Of a stretch of DNA of 64,000 nt, positions 1 through 11,739 are shown one piece after another; the first letter of the stretch is position 1; each line of letters starts with the position of its first letter. A program made the position numbers and the translations under genes. The notes beneath the pieces are model-generated. The model was not told where the DNA came from, made no database searches, and was given only the letters and a program-made list of their open reading frames with translations. Location: assembly GCA_963695875.1 (NCBI GenBank), contig CAVOID010000003.1:128001-192000 (forward strand), in the 5' to 3' direction. This DNA is from an uncultured delta proteobacterium (GTDB lineage: Bacteria; Desulfobacterota; Syntrophia; Syntrophales; UBA2185).

Positions 1-1148
1 ACGCCTCCGCCAGCCGTCAGAAAATATCGGGAGCATCAATCGGTCAGCCGGATGCCGATATCGGTACCTTCAATCTTTTCAATGCGTCCGTCAATGTCTC
101 GTATGCCCTCGATCTCTTTGGCGGCACACGGCGGGCTCTGGAATCATTGCAATCGCAGATCGACTACCAAAAGTTTCAACTAGAGGGCGCATATCTCACA
201 CTTACGTCCAATATCGTTACAACAGCGGTGCGGGAGGCTTCTCTGCGCGCCCAGATTATAGCAACGCAGAAGATTCTGGCCTTCCAGGAGAAGCAGCTTG
301 GTGTGGTGGAAAGTCAGTTCCGGCTCGGCGGCGTATCACGCTCCGATGTACTCGCGCAGAAGACGCAACTTGCACAGACGCAGGCGACACTGCCGCCACT
401 GGAAAGAGATTTAGCGCAGACGCGTCACCTGCTGGCGGTACTCACCGGCAGATTGCCAAATGAAGCGGCAGGACTTCCTGAGTTCAGCCTCGAGGAGATT
501 GAACTGCCGGAAGAGCTGCCTGTGAGCCTGCCATCATCCCTCGTGCGTCAGCGTCCGGATATCGCCGCCTCAGAAGCGCTCTTTCACGCGGCATGCGCGG
601 AGGTAGGTGTAGCAACGGCATACCTCTATCCGCAAATAACACTGACCGGTAGTTACGGCTTTGCAGCGGCCAATGCCGGCGATCTATTCAACAGTAACTC
701 AGTCGTTTGGAATCTCGGCGCGGGGTTGTTGCAGCCCATCTTCCATGGGGGGACTCTAACTGCCAAGCGCCGCGCCGCTATTGCCGCTTACGATCAAGCC
801 GCGGCGCAATATCGCGTCACAGTATTACAGGCATTTCAGAACGTGGCCGATGTACTGCGCGCCCTGGAGGCGGACGCGCGCTCCCTGAAGGCGCAGGCGG
901 ACGCGGATGCGGCCGCGCGCGACACCCTCGACCTTACACAGAAGGAGTTCCAATTCGGCGCCGTGAGTTATCTCTCTCTGTTGAATGCCGAGCGCCAGTA
1001 CCAGCAGTCACAGATCGGCCTGATTCAAGCTCAGGCTGCGCGCTATGCCGACACGGCGGCGCTGTTCCAGGCCCTCGGCGGCGGGTGGTGGAATCGTGCT
1101 ATGGATAACAGTACGGCTCAAGGACAAAAGGAGAGTAATGCTAAATGA
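1..1148 (+). CDS. RND efflux outer-membrane lipoprotein (NodT/OprM family), 5'-truncated
   Basis: PSSLVRQRPDIAASE and LFQALGGGWW motifs; coding sequence continues to the window edge. Confidence 0.9.
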   Translation, partial: ASASRQKISGASIGQPDADIGTFNLFNASVNVSYALDLFGGTRRALESLQSQIDYQKFQLEGAYLTLTSNIVTTAVREASLRAQIIATQKILAFQEKQLGVVESQFRLGGVSRSDVLAQKTQLAQTQATLPPLERDLAQTRHLLAVLTGRLPNEAAGLPEFSLEEIELPEELPVSLPSSLVRQRPDIAASEALFHAACAEVGVATAYLYPQITLTGSYGFAAANAGDLFNSNSVVWNLGAGLLQPIFHGGTLTAKRRAAIAAYDQAAAQYRVTVLQAFQNVADVLRALEADARSLKAQADADAAARDTLDLTQKEFQFGAVSYLSLLNAERQYQQSQIGLIQAQAARYADTAALFQALGGGWWNRAMDNSTAQGQKESNAK

Positions 1149-2276
1149 AGAAGCGGATGTTAATCATGCTGGTGGCCGTCGGCCTTCTTGTTCGGCGCCG
1201 TTTTTGGTTACAAGGCCTTCCAGGCGCAGATGAACAAAAGATTCATGGCGTCCCATCAGATGCCGCCGGTAACCGTCTCCGCGATAAAGGCGGAAGTCCA
1301 TCCCTGGCAGCCGCAGCTCAAGGCTGTGGGCAGCCTGCGCGCTGTGCGCGGGGTAGATGTAACCAGCGAGATTTCCGGTCTCGTACGGACCCTGCATTTC
1401 AAAGCGGGTGATGAGGTCCGGGAGGGTCATCTTCTTGTCCGGCTCAACGCCGATGCGGATCTAGCACAGCTGCGTTCTCTTGAAGCTGCGGCCGAATTGG
1501 CCAACACGGTCTATGAGCGCGATAAAAAGCAATTCGCCGTGCAGGCCATAAGCCAGGCGACGCTGGACGCTGACGCCGCCGATCTCAAGAGCAAACGTGC
1601 CCAGGTGGCGCAACAGAGGGCAGTGGTCGACAAAAAGACCATTCGCGCACCCTTTGCGGGCCGGCTTGGCATCAGCACTGTGAACCCCGGCCAGTATATG
1701 AATCCGGGAGACAAGATCGTCACCCTTCAATCACTATCATCCGTCTATGTCGACTTTTTTCTGCCGCAGCAGGAGCTTTCGCGCGTTTCACTCGGGCAGA
1801 AAGTTGTCGTTTCCTCCGACACTTATCCCGGCCGTACTTTCACCGGCAAGATAACGACTATCAATCCAAAGGTGGAAACGGATTCACGCAACGTCCAGGT
1901 CGAGGCAACCATCAACAATCTCCGGCACGAGCTTTTCCCGGGAATGTATGTATCGGTCGAGGTTAAGGCCGGGAAGGAGGAACGTTATCTGACCCTGCCA
2001 CAGACTGCCGTGACTTACAACCCTTATGGGGAAACCGTATACATTATCGAGGAGAGCGGGAAGGGCCCGGACGGCAGCCCGATTTTGACAGCCAAGCAGA
2101 CCTTTGTAGCCTTGGGCCCCACTCGCGGTGATCAGGTGGCAGTTCTTAAGGGAATCAAGGAAGGAGATATCGTGGTTACAAGCGGCCAACTCAAGCTTAA
2201 GTCCGGCAGCACGGTAATTATCAACAACCAGGTGCGGCCGAGCAATGACGCAGCCCCCCAGCCGGTAGACGAGTAG
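1145..2276 (+). CDS. RND efflux periplasmic adaptor subunit (frameshift near 1190)
   Basis: MKKRMLIMLVAVGL N-terminus joins ORF 1188..2276; IRAPFAGRLG motif. Confidence 0.9.
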
Positions 2277-2291
2277 CGTGGAAGGTGCCAG

Positions 2292-5200
2292 ATGCGCTTC
2301 ACTGATCTGTTCATACGACGTCCGGTGCTTGCCACCGTCGTCAGCCTGCTGATTCTCGTACTGGGACTGCGCTCCATAGGATTGCTCCAGGTGCGGGAAT
2401 ATCCGATGACGCAGAACGCGGTGGTCACCGTTGCGACTTTCTATACTGGCGCCGACCCATCTCTGGTCGCAGGCTTTATTACCACCCCTCTGGAAAATTC
2501 CATTGCCCAGGCCAACGGTATCGACTATCTGACTTCTTCCAGCACGCAGAGCCAGAGCATAATCCAGGCAAGCCTGCGTCTGAACTATGATCCAAACAAG
2601 GCGCTAACCGAGATTAATACCAAGGTCAATGCCGTGCTTAATCAATTGCCGAAAGATTCGCAGCAGCCGGTGCTGTCCGTGGCTATCGGCGAGACCATCG
2701 ATTCGATGTATATCAGGCTTTTATAGCAAGATACTCCCGACAAACAAGATCACCGACTATCTGATCCGCGTAGTGCAGCCAAAGCTCCAGGCCGTCGACG
2801 GTGTGCAGACTGCCGAGGTTCTCGGCAAACGCACATTTGCACTCAGGGCGTGGCTCGATCCCAGGAAAATGGCTGCCTACGGTGTGACAGGCACGGACAT
2901 AAGCAACGCCCTCGCTAACAACGACTTTATTTCCGCCGTGGGGCGCACACAGGGGCAGATGGTTACTGTGGATCTAACCGCCGATACAAGCCTGCACTCG
3001 GTGGATGAGTTTCGCAATCTTGTAATCAAGTCACTAAACGGTGCGATCGTCCGTCTGGGCGATATTGCCAACGTCACCCTCGGCTCGGAGGACTACGATA
3101 CGGCGGTGTCCTTTGATGGCGACAGCGCCGTCTACATCGGTATTCAGGTGGCGCCAACCGCGAATCTGCTCACGGTGATCGACGGCGTGCGCAAGGCATT
3201 TCCTCCGATAGAGCAGCAGTTGCCCGAAGGGCTCAACGGACGCATTGTCTATGACGCCACCAAGTATGTGAACAGTTCGATTAATGAAGTTATCAGCACA
3301 TTGGTAAAGTCTTTCGTAATCGTGACCGTGGTTATTTTCCTTTTCCTGTGCTCGGTGCGGTCGGTTATTATTCCCACGATCGCGATGCCACTTTCGCTGA
3401 TCGGGGCATTCTTCATCATGCTGGTGCTCGGCTACACCATCAACCTGCTGACACTGCTCGCTCTGGTGCTGGCGATCGGCCTTGTCGTGGACGACGCGAT
3501 AATCGTCGTGGAAAACGCGCACCGCCACATAGAGGACGGCGCGGAGCCCATGCAGGCGGCGATTCAAGGCACGCGCGAACTTGCCGGACCTATAATCGCG
3601 ATTTCCGTGGTGCTGATCGCGGTGTATGTACCGATCGGGTTCATGGGCGGTCTCACCGGGGCTCTGTTTACCGAGTTTGCTTACACACTGGCAGGTACCG
3701 TGGCCGTGTCGGCGATCATCGCTCTCACGCTTTCACCGATGATGTGCTCGCGCCTTCTCGAAACATCAGGAGATTGTGAGCGGCACCGCTTCATGGGTTT
3801 CGTCGACCGGCAATTCAGACGAATGCGCAGCGGCTATGAACGCCTGTTGCGAGGCGCCCTCAACTACCTGCCGGTGACGGGAGTATTCGCATTGATCATC
3901 CTGGCCAGCAATTATTTTCTGTTCACCACCTCAAAAAGCGAACTCGCACCGCAGGAAGATCAGGGGATCATCATCTCACTTATCACCGCGGCTCCTAATG
4001 CTTCACTGCAGCATACGCAACTCTATTCGAAGGAGCTATACAAGATCATCAGCAGCTACCCGGAGACTGATCATGTGTTTCAGCTTGACGGCATCAGCGG
4101 GCTCAACAGCGGCGTCGCAGGCATGGTCATGAAGCCATGGGACGAGCGCAAGCGCACATCCATGGAGTTGCAGCCCGACGTACAGAGACGGCTTGGTGAG
4201 CTCTCGGGCGTGCAGGCAGTTGCTTTCCTTCGTCCGCCGCTGCCCGGGGCAGGAAGAGGCCTGCCTGTGCAGTTTGTGATCGGCACTACGGAATCATATG
4301 AACGGCTGGACGAAGTGTCGCAGGCATTGATAGCCAAGGCCAGGGCAAGCGGCGTGTACGCCTTCGTGGATACCGATCTGAAAATCGACAAGCCGCAGAC
4401 AACAGTCGAAATCAATCGCGACAAGACAGCCCTCTTGGGCCTTACGATGCGCGACGTCGGTGGATCGCTGGGATGGATGCTGGGAGGCGGCTATGTCAAT
4501 TACTTCAGCCTTGCCGGGCGATCATACAAGGTCATTCCCCAGGTGATGCAGCGTGACCGGCTTAATGCCGGACAATTGCCCGACTATTACATCAATACCG
4601 CAAGCGGCGTGCCTGTTCCGGTGTCGACCGTCACACGTCTCAAGACGGAGGTTGTACCGGAAGCGATAAACCATTTCCAGCAGCTGAACGCGGCGACAAT
4701 CTCGGCAGTGCCAGCCCCTGGAATCACCCTGGGTGAAGCATTAGATACTCTTAGAAACCTGGCGAAGGATGTTCTTCCCCAGGGCTACAGTATCGATTAC
4801 AGCGGCCAGTCGCGGCAGTTTATGCAGGAGTCAAGCGCCCTGATCGTCACATTCTTTTTTGCACTGATCATAATTTTTCTCTCCCTGGCGGCCTTGTTCG
4901 AAAGCTTCCGCGATCCCTTCATCGTGCTTGTGAGCGTGCCTATGTCTATCTGCGGAGCGATGATCTTCATCAGCCTTGGTGTTGGCCAGGCGAGTCTGAA
5001 CATTTACACAGAGGTGGGTCTGGTGACGCTGATCGGTCTTATCAGCAAGCACGGCATACTGATCGTCCAGTTCGCCAACGATCTGCAGCGTGAAGGGAAA
5101 GGCAAGCGTGAGGCCGTGGAGATGGCCGCGGGTATCCGCCTGCGTCCGATACTGATGACTACGGCGGCGATGGTCCTGGGCGTACTGCCGCTGGTAACGG

Positions 5201-5373
5201 CCTCCGGCGCGGGCGCGGTGGGCCGTTTCAACATGGGGCTGGTCATCATGACTGGTATTGCAATCGGTACGCTTTTCACCCTGTTCGTGGTGCCGGCGAT
5301 GTATATGTTTCTTGCTACTGATCACGCCAAGAAGCGGGCGGGTGAAGGAGGGCAATTAGAGGCCGGTAGATGA
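2292..5373 (+). CDS. RND efflux permease (AcrB/MexI-like; frameshift near 2715)
   Basis: MRFTDLFIRRPVLA, GLVVDDAIIVVEN and RLRPILMTT motifs. Confidence 0.95.
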
Positions 5374-5446
5374 AGCCGCGGAGTCATTCGTATTTAAGCT
5401 GTCTCTCCGGGTATGATTATTTAAATATGTCTGAGGAGCCTCTGAC

Positions 5447-6197
5447 GTGAGCGTTAGATATCTGTTAACAGTCCATTCTCTGCATTTCATTCTTTGGCTG
5501 CGCGCTTTTCTACACCACAAAGAAACCCATAGATACAATCTATTATGTCACAGGAAAAGCACCGTCCGATAGCCTCATAGTTATGCTTCCCGGAGGTGGG
5601 GATGAACCTGCTGATTTTATGAGAAACGGATTCATCAAGGCGATACAAGACTCCGGAATCCACGCTGATGCAATCGCAGTGGATGCGAATCTTGGATACT
5701 ATTTTAAAAGAAATCTCCTTCCTCGTCTCCATGAAGACGTCATTATTCCCGCCAGGCAGAAAGGATATAAAAATATCTGGTTATTAGGCATATCCATGGG
5801 TGGATTAGGCGCGATGATCTATGCAAAACATTATCCCGATCACATAAACGGATTAGTCCTGCTCGCGCCATTTCTAGGATATCCGGGAGTGGTCAATGAG
5901 ATTGCCGATGCCGGCGGGCTTTCCAGATGGTCTCCACAGGAGCCGATAGACAAAGACGATTACGAGCATGATCTCTGGAAATGGCTGAAGGGTTATACAA
6001 GACCTGAAGAAAACCATCCCCGCCTTGTGATCGGATACGGCACAGAAGATAAATTCGCCGCAGGATCTGCTCTGCTCGCGGAAGTCTTGCCAAAGGATCA
6101 GGTATACATAGTACAGGGCAGACATGACTGGGAAACCTGGGGCAGGATATTTGATTTGATCTTGAAGTCGGGAGCTATCTCCGGCAGTGACAGATAG
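5447..6197 (+). CDS. Alpha/beta hydrolase, probable lipoprotein (frameshift near 5475)
   Basis: GISMGG nucleophile elbow, GRHDW His; GAGGAG SD then GTG at 5447 and FFGC lipobox upstream of ORF 5583. Confidence 0.7.
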
Positions 6198-6306
6198 GGC
6201 AGCCCTGTAGATAGTATCCACGGAATTTTCCAATATTGTCTTTGAAAATCCCGTCCATTTCTTTATAATATATCTCCGGAACACATCTTTTTTGAAGGAG
6301 GAAGCC

Positions 6307-8106
6307 ATGGCGGAAAAATTCGTCGGTGAAAGAAATCTCAGGTTTTTGCTATATGAGGTCTTTGATGCATCCTCTCTAATTAAATATCCCCGCTATGCTG
6401 AGCACAGCCGGGAGGTCTTCGATATGATTATCGAAACAGCCCTGAAGCTGGGGAGGGATCTTTTCAAACCTACCTTGCGGGAGATGGACAAAAATCAGCC
6501 GGAATTTGTTGACGGCCGTGTAAAGGTTCATCCAAAGGTAAGAGAGATCATGAGGATTTGTGGCGACGGCGGCTGGATATCTGCCACAGCTCCCGCGGAA
6601 CTGGGCGGACAGCAACTCCCCTCCATGGTAGGCTATATCCCCATGTTCATCTACTCCGCGGCGAATTACGCGGCCAGCGTCTATCCCTACCTCACCGCCG
6701 GCGCCGCACATCTCATTTATTCTTTTGGTACGGAAGAACTGATCAATACCTATATTCCCAGCATGTATGCCGGCCAGTGGCAGGGTACGATGGCCCTCAC
6801 AGAGCCTCAGGCAGGAAGTTCATTATCTGACATCACCACTGTCGCCGCACCCACCGACCACGGGTATCACTTAATGCGGGGGCAGAAGATTTTTATCTCA
6901 ACAGGCGATCATGATGGCGTAGAAAACGTCGTGCATCTCCTCCTCGCGCGGATTGCAGGCGCGCCGGCCGGCGTGAAAGGCATTTCGCTTTTCGTCGTCC
7001 CAAAAATGCGGCCTGATGGAAATGGCGGCCTTGTCTCCAACGATGTCCATGTGACGGGTATCTACCATAAAATGGGATACCGCGGGGCGCCCATCACGCA
7101 CTTGAGTTTCGGCGATAACGGTGATTGCAGAGGCTCTCTCGTCGGACAGCCTAACCGGGGACTGCCCTACATGTTTCAGTTGATGAATGAGGCCCGCATC
7201 GCAGTGGGAATTGCGGCTACGGGTATCGCCTCCGCCGCCTATTATACGGCACTGGAATATACCCGGGAAAGGCCACAGGGAAGGCCGCTATCAACCAAAG
7301 ATCCTTTGTCTCCTCAGGTGCCCATCATCGAGCATGCTGATGTAAAACGGATGCTTCTCTTCCAGCGTGCCGTCGTTGAGGGCTCCCTTTCGCTCCTCAT
7401 GCAGTGCGGTAAATATGTCGATCTGGAGAAAGTTCTCGAAGGGGATGAGAAAGAGAAATACAACCTCCTCCTGGAAATCCTCACACCTGTGGCCAAGACC
7501 TATCCTGCAGAGATGGGAATCCTTGCCGTAAGCCAGGCCCTCCAGTGTCTCGGAGGCTACGGCTACTGTGATGAGTTCCCCCTGGAACAGCTCTATCGCG
7601 ATGCACGCATCCATCCCATCCATGAGGGAACTACAGGGATCCAGGGGCTCGACCTCCTTGGTCGCAAGGTGACGATGAAGAATGGAAAGGCAGCCATACT
7701 CCTCATCAAGGAGATGGGAGAAACTATCGCCTCGGCCAAAGAGGATCCGGAGCTGAAGCCTTATGCCCTGGAACTCGAAAAGGCGGCAGGAAAACTGCAG
7801 AAGGTAACGGCACATCTGATCGGTCTTGCCATGCAAGGAAAGATGGATCTATTCCTGGCAGACGCAACTATTTATCTGGAGTTCTTCGGCATCATAACGA
7901 TTGGCTGGCAGTGGCTCCTCCAGGCATTAGCCACACAGAAGGCCCTGCGTGAAAATCCTGCCGGAGCGGATATGAATTTCTACCAAGGGAAGCTTTATAC
8001 GTTCCGGTATTTCTTCCAATATGAACTTCCCAAAATCGAGGGCCTTGCCAAAAGCCTTCTGGCAAGCAACCGGCTGACCGTCGAGATGAAAAAAGATTTC
8101 TTCTAA
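6307..8106 (+). CDS. Acyl-CoA dehydrogenase (~600 aa family)
   Basis: GTMALTEPQAGS, GQKIFIS, HKMG, GGYGY and HEGTTGIQ motifs. Confidence 0.95.
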   Translation: MAEKFVGERNLRFLLYEVFDASSLIKYPRYAEHSREVFDMIIETALKLGRDLFKPTLREMDKNQPEFVDGRVKVHPKVREIMRICGDGGWISATAPAELGGQQLPSMVGYIPMFIYSAANYAASVYPYLTAGAAHLIYSFGTEELINTYIPSMYAGQWQGTMALTEPQAGSSLSDITTVAAPTDHGYHLMRGQKIFISTGDHDGVENVVHLLLARIAGAPAGVKGISLFVVPKMRPDGNGGLVSNDVHVTGIYHKMGYRGAPITHLSFGDNGDCRGSLVGQPNRGLPYMFQLMNEARIAVGIAATGIASAAYYTALEYTRERPQGRPLSTKDPLSPQVPIIEHADVKRMLLFQRAVVEGSLSLLMQCGKYVDLEKVLEGDEKEKYNLLLEILTPVAKTYPAEMGILAVSQALQCLGGYGYCDEFPLEQLYRDARIHPIHEGTTGIQGLDLLGRKVTMKNGKAAILLIKEMGETIASAKEDPELKPYALELEKAAGKLQKVTAHLIGLAMQGKMDLFLADATIYLEFFGIITIGWQWLLQALATQKALRENPAGADMNFYQGKLYTFRYFFQYELPKIEGLAKSLLASNRLTVEMKKDFF

Positions 8107-8115
8107 GAAAGTATC

Positions 8116-9111
8116 TCAAGACGGAATAAAATCTTCCTGCCTGACAACCCTCAGACGAATGGCATCGGCAGGGCAGATACGTGAACAGACCCCGCACCCG
8201 ATGCATAACTCCACTTCTACTTCTGCTATGTTTGACGTGTTCACACTTATGGCGTCCATGGGACAGTCATCCACGCAAATGCCACAGCCAGTGCAGGCGC
8301 TTCCTTCAACAACCGCCTGATAACGGCTGGGAACGATCATGCCCCTGCTTTCGGCTTTCTTCGCATATGGCAAGCCGATGCAGCAACAATCACAACAATT
8401 ACAGATAACCGTCCCTATGCCGGCTTTATTCTCTGTGAGATGAACGAGACCGGCTTCCTCCGCCCTCCGGAGGATCGCTTTGGCCTCCTCAGAATCTATC
8501 TTGCGTCCCGTACCGCGCTTGATTGCGTAATCCGCGCCCCTGTTAATCTGGAGGCAGACGTCAAGCGGTTTATCACATTTGCGCATAATCGTGCGGCATG
8601 GGCAGTTTGTAACAGCAAGGACAGATGCCTTCTCGACGATTCTGGCGGCGTCTTCATATGCGAGAACCTGACTTCTCGTTTCGATCTTTTCGTTGATCGG
8701 GACAACCCGGAAGAAAGGGGGTGCCTTCATGGCGGTCAACGCGGCCGGGATTTGCGGGTATTCCTCTTCCATAAATTGCCGCCAGAGATCAATCAACACT
8801 CGTGGCGCTTCGGCCCAGAGGGTAGAAGAGTCATGGAACTGTATTATATGTCTTGGCAGGCGGTAGGTGGTCTTTCCTTCCTTGATGGCTTCAAAGACCA
8901 GACCCTTATGGAATAGAAGCCGGACCATGCTGCTGATTGCTTCCGAAGTTCTTCCCAAATGCTGAGATAGTTCTTCTGTAGTCGCCGGCAAGACATTAAG
9001 TAACTCAGCCTCCTCAGGGGTACAAACGATCTTCCAGATCTCCGGAACAATGCGGGATTGTTCCGTACCAACCTTCTTCGACAGTTCCTTATATATATCA
9101 AGGTGTGACAT
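8116..9111 (-). CDS. Cys-rich 4Fe-4S ferredoxin-domain protein
   Basis: Two CxxCxxCxxxCP motifs at the C-terminus; central CPC and CNCCDCCC motifs. Confidence 0.85.
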   Translation of the reverse strand: MSHLDIYKELSKKVGTEQSRIVPEIWKIVCTPEEAELLNVLPATTEELSQHLGRTSEAISSMVRLLFHKGLVFEAIKEGKTTYRLPRHIIQFHDSSTLWAEAPRVLIDLWRQFMEEEYPQIPAALTAMKAPPFFRVVPINEKIETRSQVLAYEDAARIVEKASVLAVTNCPCRTIMRKCDKPLDVCLQINRGADYAIKRGTGRKIDSEEAKAILRRAEEAGLVHLTENKAGIGTVICNCCDCCCIGLPYAKKAESRGMIVPSRYQAVVEGSACTGCGICVDDCPMDAISVNTSNIAEVEVELCIGCGVCSRICPADAIRLRVVRQEDFIPS

Positions 9112-9324
9112 AGGCTCCTCCTTCCTTTCCCTTCATTTATGAATTGGAGCTATTGTAAAGGTCTTTATTCTTTACATCAACTACTTTATTTAAAATCCTC
9201 CCTTCCAGACCCTTTAGTGTTATTCCTCAACCATACCCTGCTAATTAACTTTACATAATAGATTTCTTTTGCAAATCGTGGTAACAGGGAGCAAGTAAAA
9301 GGCATCATTAAAAACACGCACACT

Positions 9325-9726
9325 ATGAAATGGAAAAGCGCAAATCCGCAAACATGGCTTAAACTCATCAGTGCAATTATCCTGCTGGTTGGTTTGGGTA
9401 GTGCTGTCTTGATTTATCAAACAGCTGAGACTGATTTGAGCAGTGCATTAGGTTATGACATTGCAGGTCAATCTGTCTATCCAATTATGCCCGAAAATTC
9501 CAAGATGTATAAACATGATTTGGAACTCTATGGCGGAAAGGCGGCTGTGCTTGCGGATGAGTTCAGGCGTTGGTTTGTTGGGTTATGGCATGGAAAATCC
9601 CTCGCATTCACAGTAGCCTTCATTAGTATTTTTATATCCTTTGGCTTTTTCTTTGCTGCCAATTACATGCCACCCCGCTTAAAATCCGATGTCCGCAGTG
9701 AAAACAATCGGAACGGGACCGACTAA
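9325..9726 (+). CDS. Hypothetical membrane protein with 2 TM segments
   Basis: 133-aa ORF with two hydrophobic segments. Confidence 0.65.
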   Translation: MKWKSANPQTWLKLISAIILLVGLGSAVLIYQTAETDLSSALGYDIAGQSVYPIMPENSKMYKHDLELYGGKAAVLADEFRRWFVGLWHGKSLAFTVAFISIFISFGFFFAANYMPPRLKSDVRSENNRNGTD

Positions 9727-9897
9727 AAATATAATGGCTCGTCTCCTTTTCCATCAACAATATCCTAATAGAAAGTCTTCAGGGCCTTTACATCTGCCAG
9801 ACAAGGTACCACGATCCCATGGCGGAAAGGTGAACGGTGCTACACAATATAAATCTAAAACAAGTATGAGCAAGAAACATTGTTTGAGGTACTTTCT

Positions 9898-10822
9898 ATG
9901 ATCAAGATCACTGGATGATTTTTCAAGGATTGCACGGGAAAAGGGACCTAAGAAGGCTGGCTGTTCTTGCCCCTGAAGATGAGGACTTCATGCTTGCGGT
10001 GAAAACGAGCTGGCAGATGGGGTACATCGAACCTGTTCTCATCGGAAATACGGAAAAGATGGAACAGGTAGCTGAAAAAGTCGAATTCGACATAGGCAGA
10101 TTCGAAAAGATCGTCGGTGACGACAGGCAGGCCATTGCCGATCTCGGCATAAACATGCTCTTTACAGGAAGACTGGCAATCGTAAGCAAAGGGCAGATCC
10201 CCACCTCTTACATCTACCGCTCGATCATCAGGGAAGAAAGTAGAGCAGGTTCAGGCATGACCGTGAGCGTCGTCACGTTCTGGGAGGTTCCGGGACTCGA
10301 TCATCTGGTTGCCTTCACGGATACGGGCGTCAGCATCAAGCCGGATTTGCAAGACGAAGGCCGAGATTCTCAAGAACGCCCTTTTTGTCTATCGTCTTCT
10401 GGGATACCCGAAACCGCGGATCGCCGTCCTTTCCGGCCAGAGGGAGATCGGAGGTACGCTTGACTCTTACCGGGATTTCGAGCTGCTCAGGAAAGCCGCT
10501 CTCGCGGGGGACTTCGGGGATTGTGAGATTGTTGATGCGACTTCGTTTACGGAAATATTTCTTGGTGGCAGAGGCCGTCCGGTTAATGACGGCGGCATGA
10601 ATATGGAGAGGATGCCGCACATCCTTCTCGTTCCCTGCCTCGATACAGGCAACATCATCTGCAAGCTTGACTTCTTCCTCGATGTGACCCGCATGTTCCC
10701 TCGTTGCAACGTCCAGGGGGCCCGTGTGCATCCCGGCCCGATCCGACTCCAGTGATAATATCGTGGAGCAGCTCGCCATGTGCGTCGTGGTGGCGGACAG
10801 GATGAAAGGGGAGGTGAAGTGA
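9898..10822 (+). CDS. Phosphate acyl/butyryltransferase-like protein, divergent (several frameshifts)
   Basis: RLAVLAPEDE, KGQIPT, TDTGVSIKP and PRIAVLS pieces across frames. Confidence 0.75.
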
Positions 10823-10823
10823 G

Positions 10824-11739
10824 ATGCTGAAATCGTTCAGAGAGGTTCTTGAAGCTGCGAGAGAAGGGGGCGCAAAGAGACTGGTGACTTCTTTTGTGGA
10901 TCAAGCAGGACATTGACCTCCTCTGCAAGGCTGCGGGCGCCGGCCTCATCATTCCCTGTCTGGTCGGTGACGGTAAAACGATAGAAGGAATGATCAAGGA
11001 CACTCCGCTGGCATCGCTGGAACATGAGATCATGGATGAGAAAGAGCCGGACAAGGCGCTGAGTGCAGCGATAAATCTCGTCAGGGAAGGCCGTGCCGAT
11101 ATGCTCATGCAGGGCGCTGTTAATCACCAGACGCTGATGGACGCCGTCATGGATGCAAAGAACGGTCTTAGAAAGGGAAAGCTTGTGAGCTACATTTCAG
11201 TCTTTCAGTTGCCGAGGCCGGAGAAGCTGATCCTCGTGACCGATACATTCATCAACAACAGGCCGACTCTTGCCGAAAAACAACTCATCCTTGAACATGC
11301 CCTCCGGCTCGCGGGTATACTGGGAATCGAAGCGCCGAAGGTCGCGGCTCTTGCCGCCATCGAGCAGATAAACCTCAATATACCCTCGACACTGGATGCA
11401 GCGATACTCTCCAAGATGTCGGAAAGGAAACAGTTCGGAAAGGCTATAGTTGAGGGACCTCTCGACATAGACTGTGCCCTGAGCGAGGCCGCGGCGGGAA
11501 GAAAAGGGCTCCGGAGCGTTGTGACCGGAAATGTGGATATATACCTTGTCCCGGAAATCGATACGGGCCATCTCCTGGCTGAAGCCCTCGTCTTCTTCGG
11601 AAAGATGGAGACCGCAGGGGCGATCATGGGAACGACAAATCCGGTGATCCTGAATCTGCCTTTCGTCTCGGAAGAAGACAGGATGGTGGAGATTGCGATT
11701 GCAGCCTTGATGTGCAAAAAGGGGAGAAACGATGCATAA
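10824..11739 (+). CDS. ptb: Phosphate butyryltransferase (frameshift near 10900)
   Basis: PKVAALAAIE, VEGPLDIDCA and DIYLVPEIDTG; adjacent to buk. Confidence 0.8.
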
